Assembly: GCA_027622795.1 (NCBI GenBank)
Contig: JAQBZA010000001.1
Coordinates: 1-38,994, forward strand
Reading direction: 5' to 3'
Source of the DNA: Planctomycetota bacterium
GTDB taxonomy: Bacteria; Planctomycetota; Planctomycetia; Pirellulales; UBA1268
Length of the DNA: 38,994 nt
Position numbers and translations under genes: made by a program. Numbering within the stretch: position 1 is the stretch's first letter; each line of letters opens with the position of its first letter. This document shows positions 24,136 through 32,032 of the stretch, in pieces. The notes below the pieces were generated by a model that searched no databases, was not told where the DNA came from, and saw only the letters and a program-made list of their open reading frames with translations.

Positions 24136-25817
24136 CGCTCCACCGACCCAGCATGAGAAGCGGGAACCAGCCAATCGAGACGGAACAAGTTGTCAACGAG
24201 CCCATCCATAAACATTGTGCGGTATTGGACGGTCGAGAACCGACTTCCCATACAGAGCCGCCTCCCGAGGGCTCCTTTCGGAACAGGCTGATCGAGGCTT
24301 TGCCGGATCAGCAGAAGATCGTCCGGGCCGACCTGTGCCGGATCCGGACCGGCATCTGACTGCGGGTAGCCGCGGACAATGGCACCGGGGAGTAGCATCC
24401 TCTCGCGTTCTGCCGCTGCGTAGAAGTCTTCCGGCACCCACACGACCCGACCGCGGGCGGCCTCGATTCCGGCGGCATCAAATCCTCCTTCCGGTGGATC
24501 AAGTACCACGGCCAGTCCCGACAGAGCGAGATACGTGGCAAAAACACTCGGTAAAGCCAGCGTCTCAAGCCAACGTGGTTTGGCGATCGGCAACAGTGAG
24601 ACCAGCCCTCCGCCTGCGAGGATCGCCCAATGCAGGGGACCGATCGTCACGTCAGAAAACCGTTGGGCAAGTGCGATCGAGAGCAGAGCAACCCCAGAAA
24701 TAATCACCAAGGCTGCCACACAGGTGGTCGCGAAGGCACTCCGCAGAAGCCGATGCCAATGGAGTGCGACCAGAATGGCGACTGCCGGCATCGCATCAAG
24801 AAGATAACGGCCTGATCGCTGCGTGGGAATGCAGTAGAAGAGAAAAGTTCCGATGCAGACCAGCCACAGGAGGCGCTCTCCCTGGCTGGCCGAATGACGG
24901 AACTGCCAGCCCCGCAGCATCGTTCCGGCGACCGGAAAGGCGAGTAGTCCGGCATGGAGAAACCAGCCCGCAAACAGGCCCCAGATACTCCGCCGTACCC
25001 AGAGAAGTGCCACGATGTAGTTTGGTGCGCCCGCCTGCAACTTTCCGACGTTCTCACCAACGACAAACTGCCGCCAGATCACCTCGGGTTCCGGATCGAG
25101 CAGTGGCCACAGGGCAAACACCCCCAACGCCACGATCGCGGTCCACACTAGCCCGGGCAGTGCTTCGCGGAGAAACGGAACGAGCCGCCAGCCGCGCACG
25201 TGCGCGTGCCAGGCGGCAAGCACAAGACCCGTAGGAGCGAGAATGACGAATGACTTGGCCAGCAGTGCCATACCCAAGCAGCCACCCACGACCGTCGGGA
25301 ACACAAACCGAGAGTGGAACGATTTCGGAGACCACTCAAGGAGGAGCCAACACGGAAGAAAGGTCCAGAAGATCTCCGGGGGATTGGTGAGGAACGGCCT
25401 CCCATACCGAAAAATCCCGAGAAACGCGAGATAGACTGCAGCTGCCAACAGACTCCCGCTGCGCCCCGCACCGACGACAAGAGCCACACGCGCGACGAGC
25501 AGTGCGGTCAATCCAGTCCACACGAGGCTCGGCCAGCGAAGATCGAATAGCGACCACCGCTGGCCGCGATCGGTGGAAAGAATCGCCTGCCAGAAAATAA
25601 ACGGTGGCTTCGTGTCGACCATCACGGGAATGTCACACCGTAACGGGAGCCACGCTCCGCTCTCAGCGGTCTTCCTTGCAATGTGGGCATAGAGGGCCTC
25701 ATCGCCATTCGTCATCGCATGCTGAGTCCCAAGACCATAGACATACGCCGTCACTGCGAGAAGCAGGGTCGCAGTTGCGGTTGCCGCCGATAGCGGTGCA
25801 GAGGGATGTTCTGACAT
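24132..25817 (-). CDS. ArnT/PMT-like glycosyltransferase (GT39/GT83-type, polytopic membrane protein)
   Basis: The first loop NGDEALYAHIARKTAESGAWLPL...DTKPPFIFWQAILS matches the DE...KPPl.YW signature of undecaprenyl/dolichyl-phosphate-sugar-dependent GT-C transferases. There are more than 10 TM segments. Start at ATG 25817 (MSEHPSAPLSAATATATLLLAV); the upstream part of the listed ORF is Arg/Pro-rich and implausible. Confidence 0.75.
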   Translation of the reverse strand: MSEHPSAPLSAATATATLLLAVTAYVYGLGTQHAMTNGDEALYAHIARKTAESGAWLPLRCDIPVMVDTKPPFIFWQAILSTDRGQRWSLFDLRWPSLVWTGLTALLVARVALVVGAGRSGSLLAAAVYLAFLGIFRYGRPFLTNPPEIFWTFLPCWLLLEWSPKSFHSRFVFPTVVGGCLGMALLAKSFVILAPTGLVLAAWHAHVRGWRLVPFLREALPGLVWTAIVALGVFALWPLLDPEPEVIWRQFVVGENVGKLQAGAPNYIVALLWVRRSIWGLFAGWFLHAGLLAFPVAGTMLRGWQFRHSASQGERLLWLVCIGTFLFYCIPTQRSGRYLLDAMPAVAILVALHWHRLLRSAFATTCVAALVIISGVALLSIALAQRFSDVTIGPLHWAILAGGGLVSLLPIAKPRWLETLALPSVFATYLALSGLAVVLDPPEGGFDAAGIEAARGRVVWVPEDFYAAAERERMLLPGAIVRGYPQSDAGPDPAQVGPDDLLLIRQSLDQPVPKGALGRRLCMGSRFSTVQYRTMFMDGLVDNLFRLDWLVPASHAGSVER

Positions 25818-25928
25818 GCCGTCACCATATGCGACGGCCACCCCAATCGACCATCCCGGTCGTGGGTGGAGAAAGCAGCATTCGGAAGGCAGCCATGCGG
25901 CACTCGCCGAAAGCGAACTGAACACAGT

Positions 25929-25963
25929 ATGCTTGCTCCGCCGAAAAGGCGCGAATGCTTGCT
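25929..25963. repeat. 9-nt direct repeat ATGCTTGCT (25929-25937 and 25955-25963) flanking the small hairpin CGCC-GAAAA-GGCG, just upstream of the BNR-like gene
   Basis: Read directly from the sequence. It lies in the 151-nt divergent intergenic region 25818-25968. Function is unknown. Confidence 0.3.
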
Positions 25964-25968
25964 GGAGA

Positions 25969-27150
25969 ATGTTCATGGCGGGACTCTCACGACGCACGGT
26001 ATTGGCAGTAGGCGGAGCAGCCGTCTGGGGCTGGCCGCCGGCGCGGCAGCGCCATCTCCCTCGGATCGCATCCGGGTTTGAGCTTTCCGAGCCACCGCTG
26101 GACAGCGGCCCGGGTCGGTTCACGGCGAGTTTCATAGATCACCATCCTCCACAGGACTACGTCCACTGCCCGTCACTCTGCGATCAGATCGATGGCACCC
26201 TCGTCTGTAGCTGGTACGCCGGCCCCCGCGAAGGACACCCGGATGTCGCCATCTGGATGGCTGACTCACCCGTTTCTGATCGTGAGTCGACTCGGCAATG
26301 GTCTGCACCACGGCCAATTGTCACCCGCCATTCGGTGATGGATGATCTCGACCGCTTTGTTCAAAAGGTCGGCAATGGAGTCGTGTTCACCGATGGAACC
26401 GGGCGAATGTGGCTCGTGTTTGTGACAATCGCCGTAGGAGGCTGGTCTGGCAGTTCACTCAATGCAATGTCATCAATCGATGGCGGACGCTCATGGACGA
26501 AATGCGTGAGGCTTACACTCAGCCCCTTGTTCAATGTCAGCGAACTGGTTCGTGCGGCGCCGGTGCGTCTTGCATCGGGTGAGATCGGTATCCCCATCTA
26601 CCATGAGTGCATCGGCAAGTTTCCCGAGATGCTCTGGCTTCGCCCCACTGCAGACCGCATCATGGCTGTCAAATCGCGCATGGCAAGCGGGCGGGCATTT
26701 CTTCAGCCTGTCGTCGTGCCGACCGGGAAACACGATGCCGTCGCCTATCTGCGCAACTACTCCGGATCCCGATGCCTGATGGTCCAGCGGACTCAGGATG
26801 GCGGACGCACTTGGACAACACCTGAACCTACGTCGCTTCCGAACGATGATTCCAGTGTGGCCGCGGTGCGGCTCTCATCCGGCCAAATTCTTCTTGCCTT
26901 TAACAGCTCACCGCATGGTCGCGAAACACTCTCCCTTGCCGTGTCCCCTGATGGCATTGGACACTGGCAGACGATTACGAACCTCGACCACTACCCTGGA
27001 GCAACTTTTGACTATCCGTTCATGATGCGTGATCGCTGCGGTGCCATTCATGTTGTCTACAGTTGGAAAAAGAAGCGAGTCAGGCATGTCACGTTCAACG
27101 AGGCGTGGGTGACGGAACAGTTCGTCGGACCGGTGGGAGCCGTCCGATGA
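25969..27150 (+). CDS. BNR-repeat / sialidase-like beta-propeller protein with signal sequence
   Basis: BNR (S-x-D-x-G-x-T-W-like) repeats SIDGGRSWT, QRTQDGGRTWTTPE, SPDGIGHWQ. N-terminus MFMAGLSRRTVLAVGGAAVWG. Start at ATG 25969, with 25975 as an alternative. I saw no obvious FRIP motif, so true sialidase activity is not implied. Confidence 0.65.
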   Translation: MFMAGLSRRTVLAVGGAAVWGWPPARQRHLPRIASGFELSEPPLDSGPGRFTASFIDHHPPQDYVHCPSLCDQIDGTLVCSWYAGPREGHPDVAIWMADSPVSDRESTRQWSAPRPIVTRHSVMDDLDRFVQKVGNGVVFTDGTGRMWLVFVTIAVGGWSGSSLNAMSSIDGGRSWTKCVRLTLSPLFNVSELVRAAPVRLASGEIGIPIYHECIGKFPEMLWLRPTADRIMAVKSRMASGRAFLQPVVVPTGKHDAVAYLRNYSGSRCLMVQRTQDGGRTWTTPEPTSLPNDDSSVAAVRLSSGQILLAFNSSPHGRETLSLAVSPDGIGHWQTITNLDHYPGATFDYPFMMRDRCGAIHVVYSWKKKRVRHVTFNEAWVTEQFVGPVGAVR

Positions 27151-27827
27151 ATGCCGACTGGTGGTACCCCGTCATCACCTGGTGGGTGATTATCGCATCC
27201 GTTGCCCGCAGACTGCTTACCATGATCGGCTGGACAGGGTTTCGTCCTGGACCGGCATGGATTCCGCCGTTGCTTGGGGCAGTCGCGTTGGCCCCGATCT
27301 CCGGGCTGCCCCTCGGACGGTGGCTTTATGGCTTGTCGGGTGGTTTCAGTATCCCCTTCATCCTCCTCCTGCTCGACGACACGCTCTCGCCCTTGCTGCG
27401 GCGACCGATTCTCGATGACTCGGAACGGCGCGCAGGAGCATGGTTTGGTGTCTCAGCCGCCGCAACGCTGTACCCATTGGCACTTGGTTTGGGCCCTTTC
27501 GATCCCTATTCCCTCGGTTGGCAGATTCCTGCTGTGTACGGGATGGTGTCGTTCATCGCCGCATTGCTCGCGGCGATCGGAAACCGGTTTAGCCTTGTGA
27601 TTCTTGCCGCAGGAATCGCCTGGCATGCCGGGTTTCTCGAGTCGGAGAATGCATGGGATTATCTCGTCGATCCCATCTATGGTGCCGTCGCCGCGTTGGC
27701 GCTGGTCACTGATGGTGCCGGGTCACTCGTCTCGCGTCGCCGCAAGCCGTCGCTGCCGAAACAGCCAATCGAGGAGATCACTGTTGCGGTAGGCCGGAGT
27801 CCACGAGTCATGCCCTACGCCCGGTAG
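27147..27827 (+). CDS. Small polytopic membrane protein of unknown function
   Basis: MNADWWYPVITWWVIIASVA... with about 6 hydrophobic segments. The ATG at 27147 forms an ATGA overlap with the stop codon of the BNR-like gene. Confidence 0.5.
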   Translation: MNADWWYPVITWWVIIASVARRLLTMIGWTGFRPGPAWIPPLLGAVALAPISGLPLGRWLYGLSGGFSIPFILLLLDDTLSPLLRRPILDDSERRAGAWFGVSAAATLYPLALGLGPFDPYSLGWQIPAVYGMVSFIAALLAAIGNRFSLVILAAGIAWHAGFLESENAWDYLVDPIYGAVAALALVTDGAGSLVSRRRKPSLPKQPIEEITVAVGRSPRVMPYAR

Positions 27828-28457
27828 TTCCGTGTACTTTGGCATACCTCCGGCAGCCTTGACCGCCGCCACCATCGACCGTGACCGCTCTACTGGCACC
27901 ACCTTGTCGTCCCCGCCGTGAAAACACCAGATCGGCAGGCCGACCAGCTTCGCCGCCTGGGCTTCATCGCCACCGCCACAGATGGGGGCGACCGCTGCGA
28001 ACCGGTGGGGCGTCCGCGCGGCCAACTCCCACGCACCGTAGCCCCCCATCGAGAGGCCGGTGAGGTAGATCCTGTCGGGATCGATCGGCTCGGCCGCCAC
28101 CACCGCATCGACTGCCGCAACCGCCGCCGCGAGATCACCCGTCGGCTCGATCGCCAATGGGCTGCTTTTCTTGTCTGACCAGTCGAACGGAGCCCAGCGA
28201 TGATCAGCCCGACATTGTGGGGCTACCACAAAGCACGGATACCGGTCTCGCAACTCGGGCTCGGCCAGCCACGTGGGCAAGTACTTGATTTGGGCGAGAT
28301 TGTCACTGCCCCGTTCACCGGCGCCATGCAGAAAAAGAAGGAGGGGATAGGTCTTGCCCGGCTCACTCTGCGCTGGCCGTAGCAGACGATAGCGAAATCG
28401 TGCTGGCTCGCCGTGCTCCAGCACACTGACTGAATGCTCTTCGTAAACCGTATTCAT
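27723..28457 (-). CDS. Alpha/beta hydrolase (carboxylesterase / prolyl-oligopeptidase-like serine hydrolase)
   Basis: YPLLLFLHGAGERGSDN, nucleophile elbow IYLTGLSMGGYGAW, PIWCFHGGDDKVVPV, LPGVGHDSW (Ser-Asp-His layout). Start at ATG 28457 (MNTVYEEHSVSV). Confidence 0.8.
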   Translation of the reverse strand: MNTVYEEHSVSVLEHGEPARFRYRLLRPAQSEPGKTYPLLLFLHGAGERGSDNLAQIKYLPTWLAEPELRDRYPCFVVAPQCRADHRWAPFDWSDKKSSPLAIEPTGDLAAAVAAVDAVVAAEPIDPDRIYLTGLSMGGYGAWELAARTPHRFAAVAPICGGGDEAQAAKLVGLPIWCFHGGDDKVVPVERSRSMVAAVKAAGGMPKYTELPGVGHDSWTPAYRNSDLLDWLFRQRRLAATRDE

Positions 28458-28525
28458 CGAAATATCGCCCTTGCACGCCGTGAACCGGATGTTGTCGAAA
28501 TAGGATAACCAATTACGGGCACGGT

Positions 28526-29173
28526 ATGATCCTCGGCATGATGACTCCACTTCCTGAGTCTGCAGGTCATGCTGAATCGCTTGCTGGGCTGCACTTGGCG
28601 GCGGAATCGGCGGCCACCATCTGGCAGGCTGTGGCGGCGGAGTTGGCCGCAGCGGCAGCATCCGCACGGCATCCGCTCCACCTCCTCACGGTGGCGACCG
28701 TTGATGCCACCGGAGCTCCCCATGCCCGCACGGTCGTGCTGCGAGGCTTCGATGCCACTGATCGTGAGGTGTGGTTTCATACCGATATCCGCAGCCCGAA
28801 GGCTGAGCAGATCGGTGTCGACGGCCGCGTTGCCCTCCATTGGTACGACCCGGCACGGCGGCTCCAGATTCGCATCGCTGCCACGGCCACCATCCACCAT
28901 GGCGATGCGCTTGCCCAGGCTGCCTGGAGGACCTCGCAGCCAATGAGCCGGGCCTGCTACACGACCGGCGAGTCGCCAGGCACCATCCTGGAAACCGTCC
29001 CCCCCGCGCCGCCTCCTCCCGCTACCGATGACGACCGCGGCCTCGCGGCGTTTGCCGTGATCTGCTGTCGGTTTGAGTGCGTCGAACTGCTGAGCCTCCA
29101 TGCCTCTGGCCACGAGCGGATTCGGCTGCGGCTGACGGGTACCGAGCCGATTCGTGAGATCCTGGCGCCGTAG
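28526..29173 (+). CDS. Pyridoxamine 5'-phosphate oxidase-family (FMN-binding split-barrel) protein
   Basis: LHLLTVATVDATGAPHARTVVLRGFDATDREVWFHTDIRSPKAEQIGVDGRVALHWYDPARRLQIRI is the typical PNPOx-like fold pattern. ATG 28538 is an alternative start. Confidence 0.65.
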   Translation: MILGMMTPLPESAGHAESLAGLHLAAESAATIWQAVAAELAAAAASARHPLHLLTVATVDATGAPHARTVVLRGFDATDREVWFHTDIRSPKAEQIGVDGRVALHWYDPARRLQIRIAATATIHHGDALAQAAWRTSQPMSRACYTTGESPGTILETVPPAPPPPATDDDRGLAAFAVICCRFECVELLSLHASGHERIRLRLTGTEPIREILAP

Positions 29174-29192
29174 CGTCCTGCCTCACCGAAAT

Positions 29193-29966
29193 TCAGACGG
29201 CGAGAAACCGCTGCACGGCGGCCAGAAAGCCAGCCGGAGCTTCGGCATGCACCCAGTGGCCGGCCTCGGGGATCACCTCGATTTTGGCGGCGGGAAAGAG
29301 CCGATGGATCTGGGCGTGGTGACGGGGCTGCACATAGTCGGATCGACCGCCCAACAGAAACAGCGCCGGCTTGCCGCACGGCTGGGCGGCCGTCATGTCG
29401 GGAAAGCCACGAATGGTGTCGAACTCGCGGGCCAGCGTGTCGAGGTTGATCGCCCAGGAGAGTCCACCGGGCCCGGCAACGAGATTGGTGAGCAGAAACC
29501 CACGGATCGCCGGATCGGGAATCGCTTCGCTGAGCAGCGTGCCGACCTCGGTCCGCTGCGCGAGCGTTGCGAGTGGCACCTGCCGCATCGCCCGGATGAA
29601 CACATCCTGCGTGCCGATCGATTCCGCAGGCGGGATATCGACGACCACAAGTCGCTCGACGAGGTCGGGCCGGGTCAGCGCCAGCACCATCGCGGCCTTG
29701 CCGCCCATGCTGTGGCCGATCACGGCGGCCGGCCTACCGACCTGCTGCTCGAGCACGAGGGCGACATCGGCAGCCAAGGAGGGATAGTCGTGGCGACTAT
29801 CCCACGGGCTTTCCCCATGGTTCCGCAGATCGACCGACACCACTCGGTGGGTGACCGCCAGCTGCCTGGCGATTGACGTCCAATTGCGTTTTGAGCCAAA
29901 GAGGCCGTGCAGGATGATGACCGGCGGCCCCGCTCCCATCTCCTGAAAGGCCAGCTCAACTGCCAT
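29193..29966 (-). CDS. Alpha/beta hydrolase (YbfF-like esterase)
   Basis: PPVIILHGLFGSKRNW, VSVDLRNHGESPW, GHSMGGKAAM, IPEAGHWVHAEAP. Start at ATG 29966 (MAVELAFQEMG), with 29972 as an alternative. The 140-codon upstream extension of the listed ORF overlaps the TrmH gene out of frame. Confidence 0.85.
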   Translation of the reverse strand: MAVELAFQEMGAGPPVIILHGLFGSKRNWTSIARQLAVTHRVVSVDLRNHGESPWDSRHDYPSLAADVALVLEQQVGRPAAVIGHSMGGKAAMVLALTRPDLVERLVVVDIPPAESIGTQDVFIRAMRQVPLATLAQRTEVGTLLSEAIPDPAIRGFLLTNLVAGPGGLSWAINLDTLAREFDTIRGFPDMTAAQPCGKPALFLLGGRSDYVQPRHHAQIHRLFPAAKIEVIPEAGHWVHAEAPAGFLAAVQRFLAV

Positions 29967-30837
29967 GCCCATCTCCTTCACCGCGTGGGCCCCGCGCTCC
30001 ATCCGACGAGCGCCCCTCCGACTGTCGTAGGGCTTCATAGGCGAGGATGGCGGCGGTCGCCGATACGTTGAGGCTGTCGGCCACGCCCTGCATCGGCAGG
30101 CGAATCGTCTGCAAACTGATTCGGCCCGCAGCAGCAGCGGCCTGCCATTCGGCCGAAAGCCCGTGCGCCTCGCTGCCGAGCACGATCGCCGTCGCTCCCG
30201 CCAGAGCCGCCTCGTGCCAGAGCGTGTTGCCATCGGGCATCGCTGCAAAAACCTGCCGCCGCTGCTGGGCACACCAGTCGATCGCCGCCTCCGACGAGGC
30301 CACGGCGAGCGGCAGGCTGAAGATCGTGCCCAAGCTCGCACGAATCGCAGCCGGGTTGGCCGGATCGGTGCCTCCGCCGCAGGCAATCACACCCCCGATC
30401 CCCGCCGCATCGGCCGTTCGCAGGATCGCCCCCAGGTTGCCCGGCTTCTCGACGCCCTCGATGACGAGCACCGGCCGGCCGGCAGTCGGCTGAAATTGGT
30501 CGAGATCCCGCGCCGCAAACCGCACAACAGCCACCAGCCCTTCGTTGCGGCTCCCAAAGGCAATCTTCTCAAACGGCCGCCTGGCCAGCGGCACCAGCTC
30601 CACACCCCGCGCAGCCAACGCCGCGACGCAGGCATCGCGAGCCGGATCGGCAGGCCCCTCGGCATCGACAAACACTTCGACCATCTCGACGCCAGCCGCA
30701 ATGCCACGTCCAATCTCTCGCGCACCATCGACGAGCGTGAGCCCCGTCGCACGGCGTTCGCCCGCCTCGCGCAGCCGCATCGCCTGCTTCACGCGTGGAT
30801 TGGTGGAACTGGTGATCATCGGGCGGGGCGGTGTCAT
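29956..30837 (-). CDS. TrmH/SpoU-family RNA 2'-O-methyltransferase (RlmB-like)
   Basis: NPRVKQAMRLRE substrate-binding N-domain. SPOUT motifs are VIEGVEKPGNLGAILRTADAAG, IVLGSEAHGLS and IRLPMQGVADSLNVSATAAILAYE. The ATG at 30837 forms an ATGA overlap with the upstream stop codon. Confidence 0.85.
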   Translation of the reverse strand: MTPPRPMITSSTNPRVKQAMRLREAGERRATGLTLVDGAREIGRGIAAGVEMVEVFVDAEGPADPARDACVAALAARGVELVPLARRPFEKIAFGSRNEGLVAVVRFAARDLDQFQPTAGRPVLVIEGVEKPGNLGAILRTADAAGIGGVIACGGGTDPANPAAIRASLGTIFSLPLAVASSEAAIDWCAQQRRQVFAAMPDGNTLWHEAALAGATAIVLGSEAHGLSAEWQAAAAAGRISLQTIRLPMQGVADSLNVSATAAILAYEALRQSEGRSSDGARGPRGEGDGHGS

Positions 30838-31748
30838 GACGGCCTGGAACGGGCATAGTCGCCCAGCGCGAGGCTGCGACCGGCGGCATCGACGCACTCG
30901 AGCCGGCCCGATTCGCAGTCGGCAAGGCCGAAAACTTCGGAGAGTGTGTCGCGCAGGCGGCGATGGTGCCAGCCGGGCGAATGGCACGTGAGCAGGAGCG
31001 GCCCGCCCTGCCCGCCTGATCGGCCCGAACCGGTCAGCGTGGCGAGATCGGTCAGCAACGGCTCAAGGTCGCGGTCGATCGAAAATGCCTGCCCCTTCGA
31101 CCCATGGCCCCATGACGGCGGGTCGAGCACGACGCCGTCGTAGCGAGCGGCCCGTCGCACCTCGCGGGCCACAAATGCCCGGGCATCGTCGCAGATCCAG
31201 CGAATCGGCGCCTCGCCCAGCCCGGAGGCGGCGGCATTGCGACGGGCCAGCGCCGTAGCCTGCCTGGAGGCATCGACATGCACCACCTCCGCCCCTGCCG
31301 AGGCGAGGGCGAGCGTCGCCGCTCCGGAATGGGCAAAGAGCGAAAGCAGCCGCGCCCCCGCGGGTGTGACCCGATGCAGCCACTGCCATTGCGGAAGTTG
31401 TTCCAAAAAGATCCCCACCTGGCCCGACGGCGCGGGTCGCACTTCAAGCGTGATCGCCGCATCGCCTGCCGGCGCGAGCGGTAACCGCACCTGCCACGGG
31501 TCGGGCAGCGGCTGGTGAAACGTCCATCTCCCTTGGCCATCAGCGTTGCGATCGAAAATCGCTGCGGCTTCAGCCCAGGCCCGCGGCCGCCGTCGTGGTG
31601 GCAGATCCGTCTGCGCCAGGGGCCGATCGACGAGCAGGCCACCGAGCCGCTCGAGCCGGCGGCCACCAGTCAGAGCCGAGCCCCCGTCGCCGCCGAAGTC
31701 GATAAGCCCCCAGTCGCCAGCGGTTTTGTGGTCAGAGGTTCTCATCAT
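30834..31748 (-). CDS. Class I SAM-dependent methyltransferase (RlmI/COG1092-like, no PUA domain)
   Basis: LLSLFAHSGAATLALASAGAEVVHVDASRQATALARRNAAASGL...WICDDARAFV...YDGVVLDPPSWG is the Rossmann MTase motif I to post-IV pattern of the RlmI/RlmK C-domain type. Start at ATG 31748 (MMRTSDHK). Confidence 0.65.
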   Translation of the reverse strand: MMRTSDHKTAGDWGLIDFGGDGGSALTGGRRLERLGGLLVDRPLAQTDLPPRRRPRAWAEAAAIFDRNADGQGRWTFHQPLPDPWQVRLPLAPAGDAAITLEVRPAPSGQVGIFLEQLPQWQWLHRVTPAGARLLSLFAHSGAATLALASAGAEVVHVDASRQATALARRNAAASGLGEAPIRWICDDARAFVAREVRRAARYDGVVLDPPSWGHGSKGQAFSIDRDLEPLLTDLATLTGSGRSGGQGGPLLLTCHSPGWHHRRLRDTLSEVFGLADCESGRLECVDAAGRSLALGDYARSRPS

Positions 31749-31909
31749 CAGCGTCCGCTGGCACACTTGCGTCGAGTGAGGCTTTCCAGCCCAACGCCGG
31801 CCACCTCCATCATCCTGAGAATACCGGATACCCAAGCAACAGGATGATCAGCTGCACTCATTGCGAATCCGAATTGCTGGAGCGACAACCTAGAGATCTA
31901 AGAAAGGTA

Positions 31910-31957
31910 GGCGAGGGGGTCGGCGAACGCTCGAGGAGCGTTGGGCGTATCCTCGCC
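31910..31957 (+). promoter_or_regulatory. Compound hairpin in the leader of the second sulfatase gene
   Basis: Outer stem GGCGAGG (31910-31916) / CCTCGCC (31951-31957). Inner perfect stem AACGCTC (31926-31932) - GAG - GAGCGTT (31936-31942). Lies about 75 nt upstream of ATG 32033. Confidence 0.2.
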
Positions 31958-32032
31958 CGGCGACGAGACTTTTGCCGCCCCCGAGCCGGCGATACACGTT
32001 GGATCGATTCGCGTAAGAAGGATTGGTTCCCG

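Noticed and set aside
29967-30386. Long N-terminal extensions of listed ORFs: 29193-30386, 5627-7009, 24132-26135, 25816-27150, 31844-33850, 8324-9886, 15338-17638, 27723-28667, 36154-37101.
   Set aside because: The extensions overlap neighbouring genes and are compositionally aberrant. They precede internal Met codons that give normal signal peptides or family-typical N-termini, so I used the internal starts.
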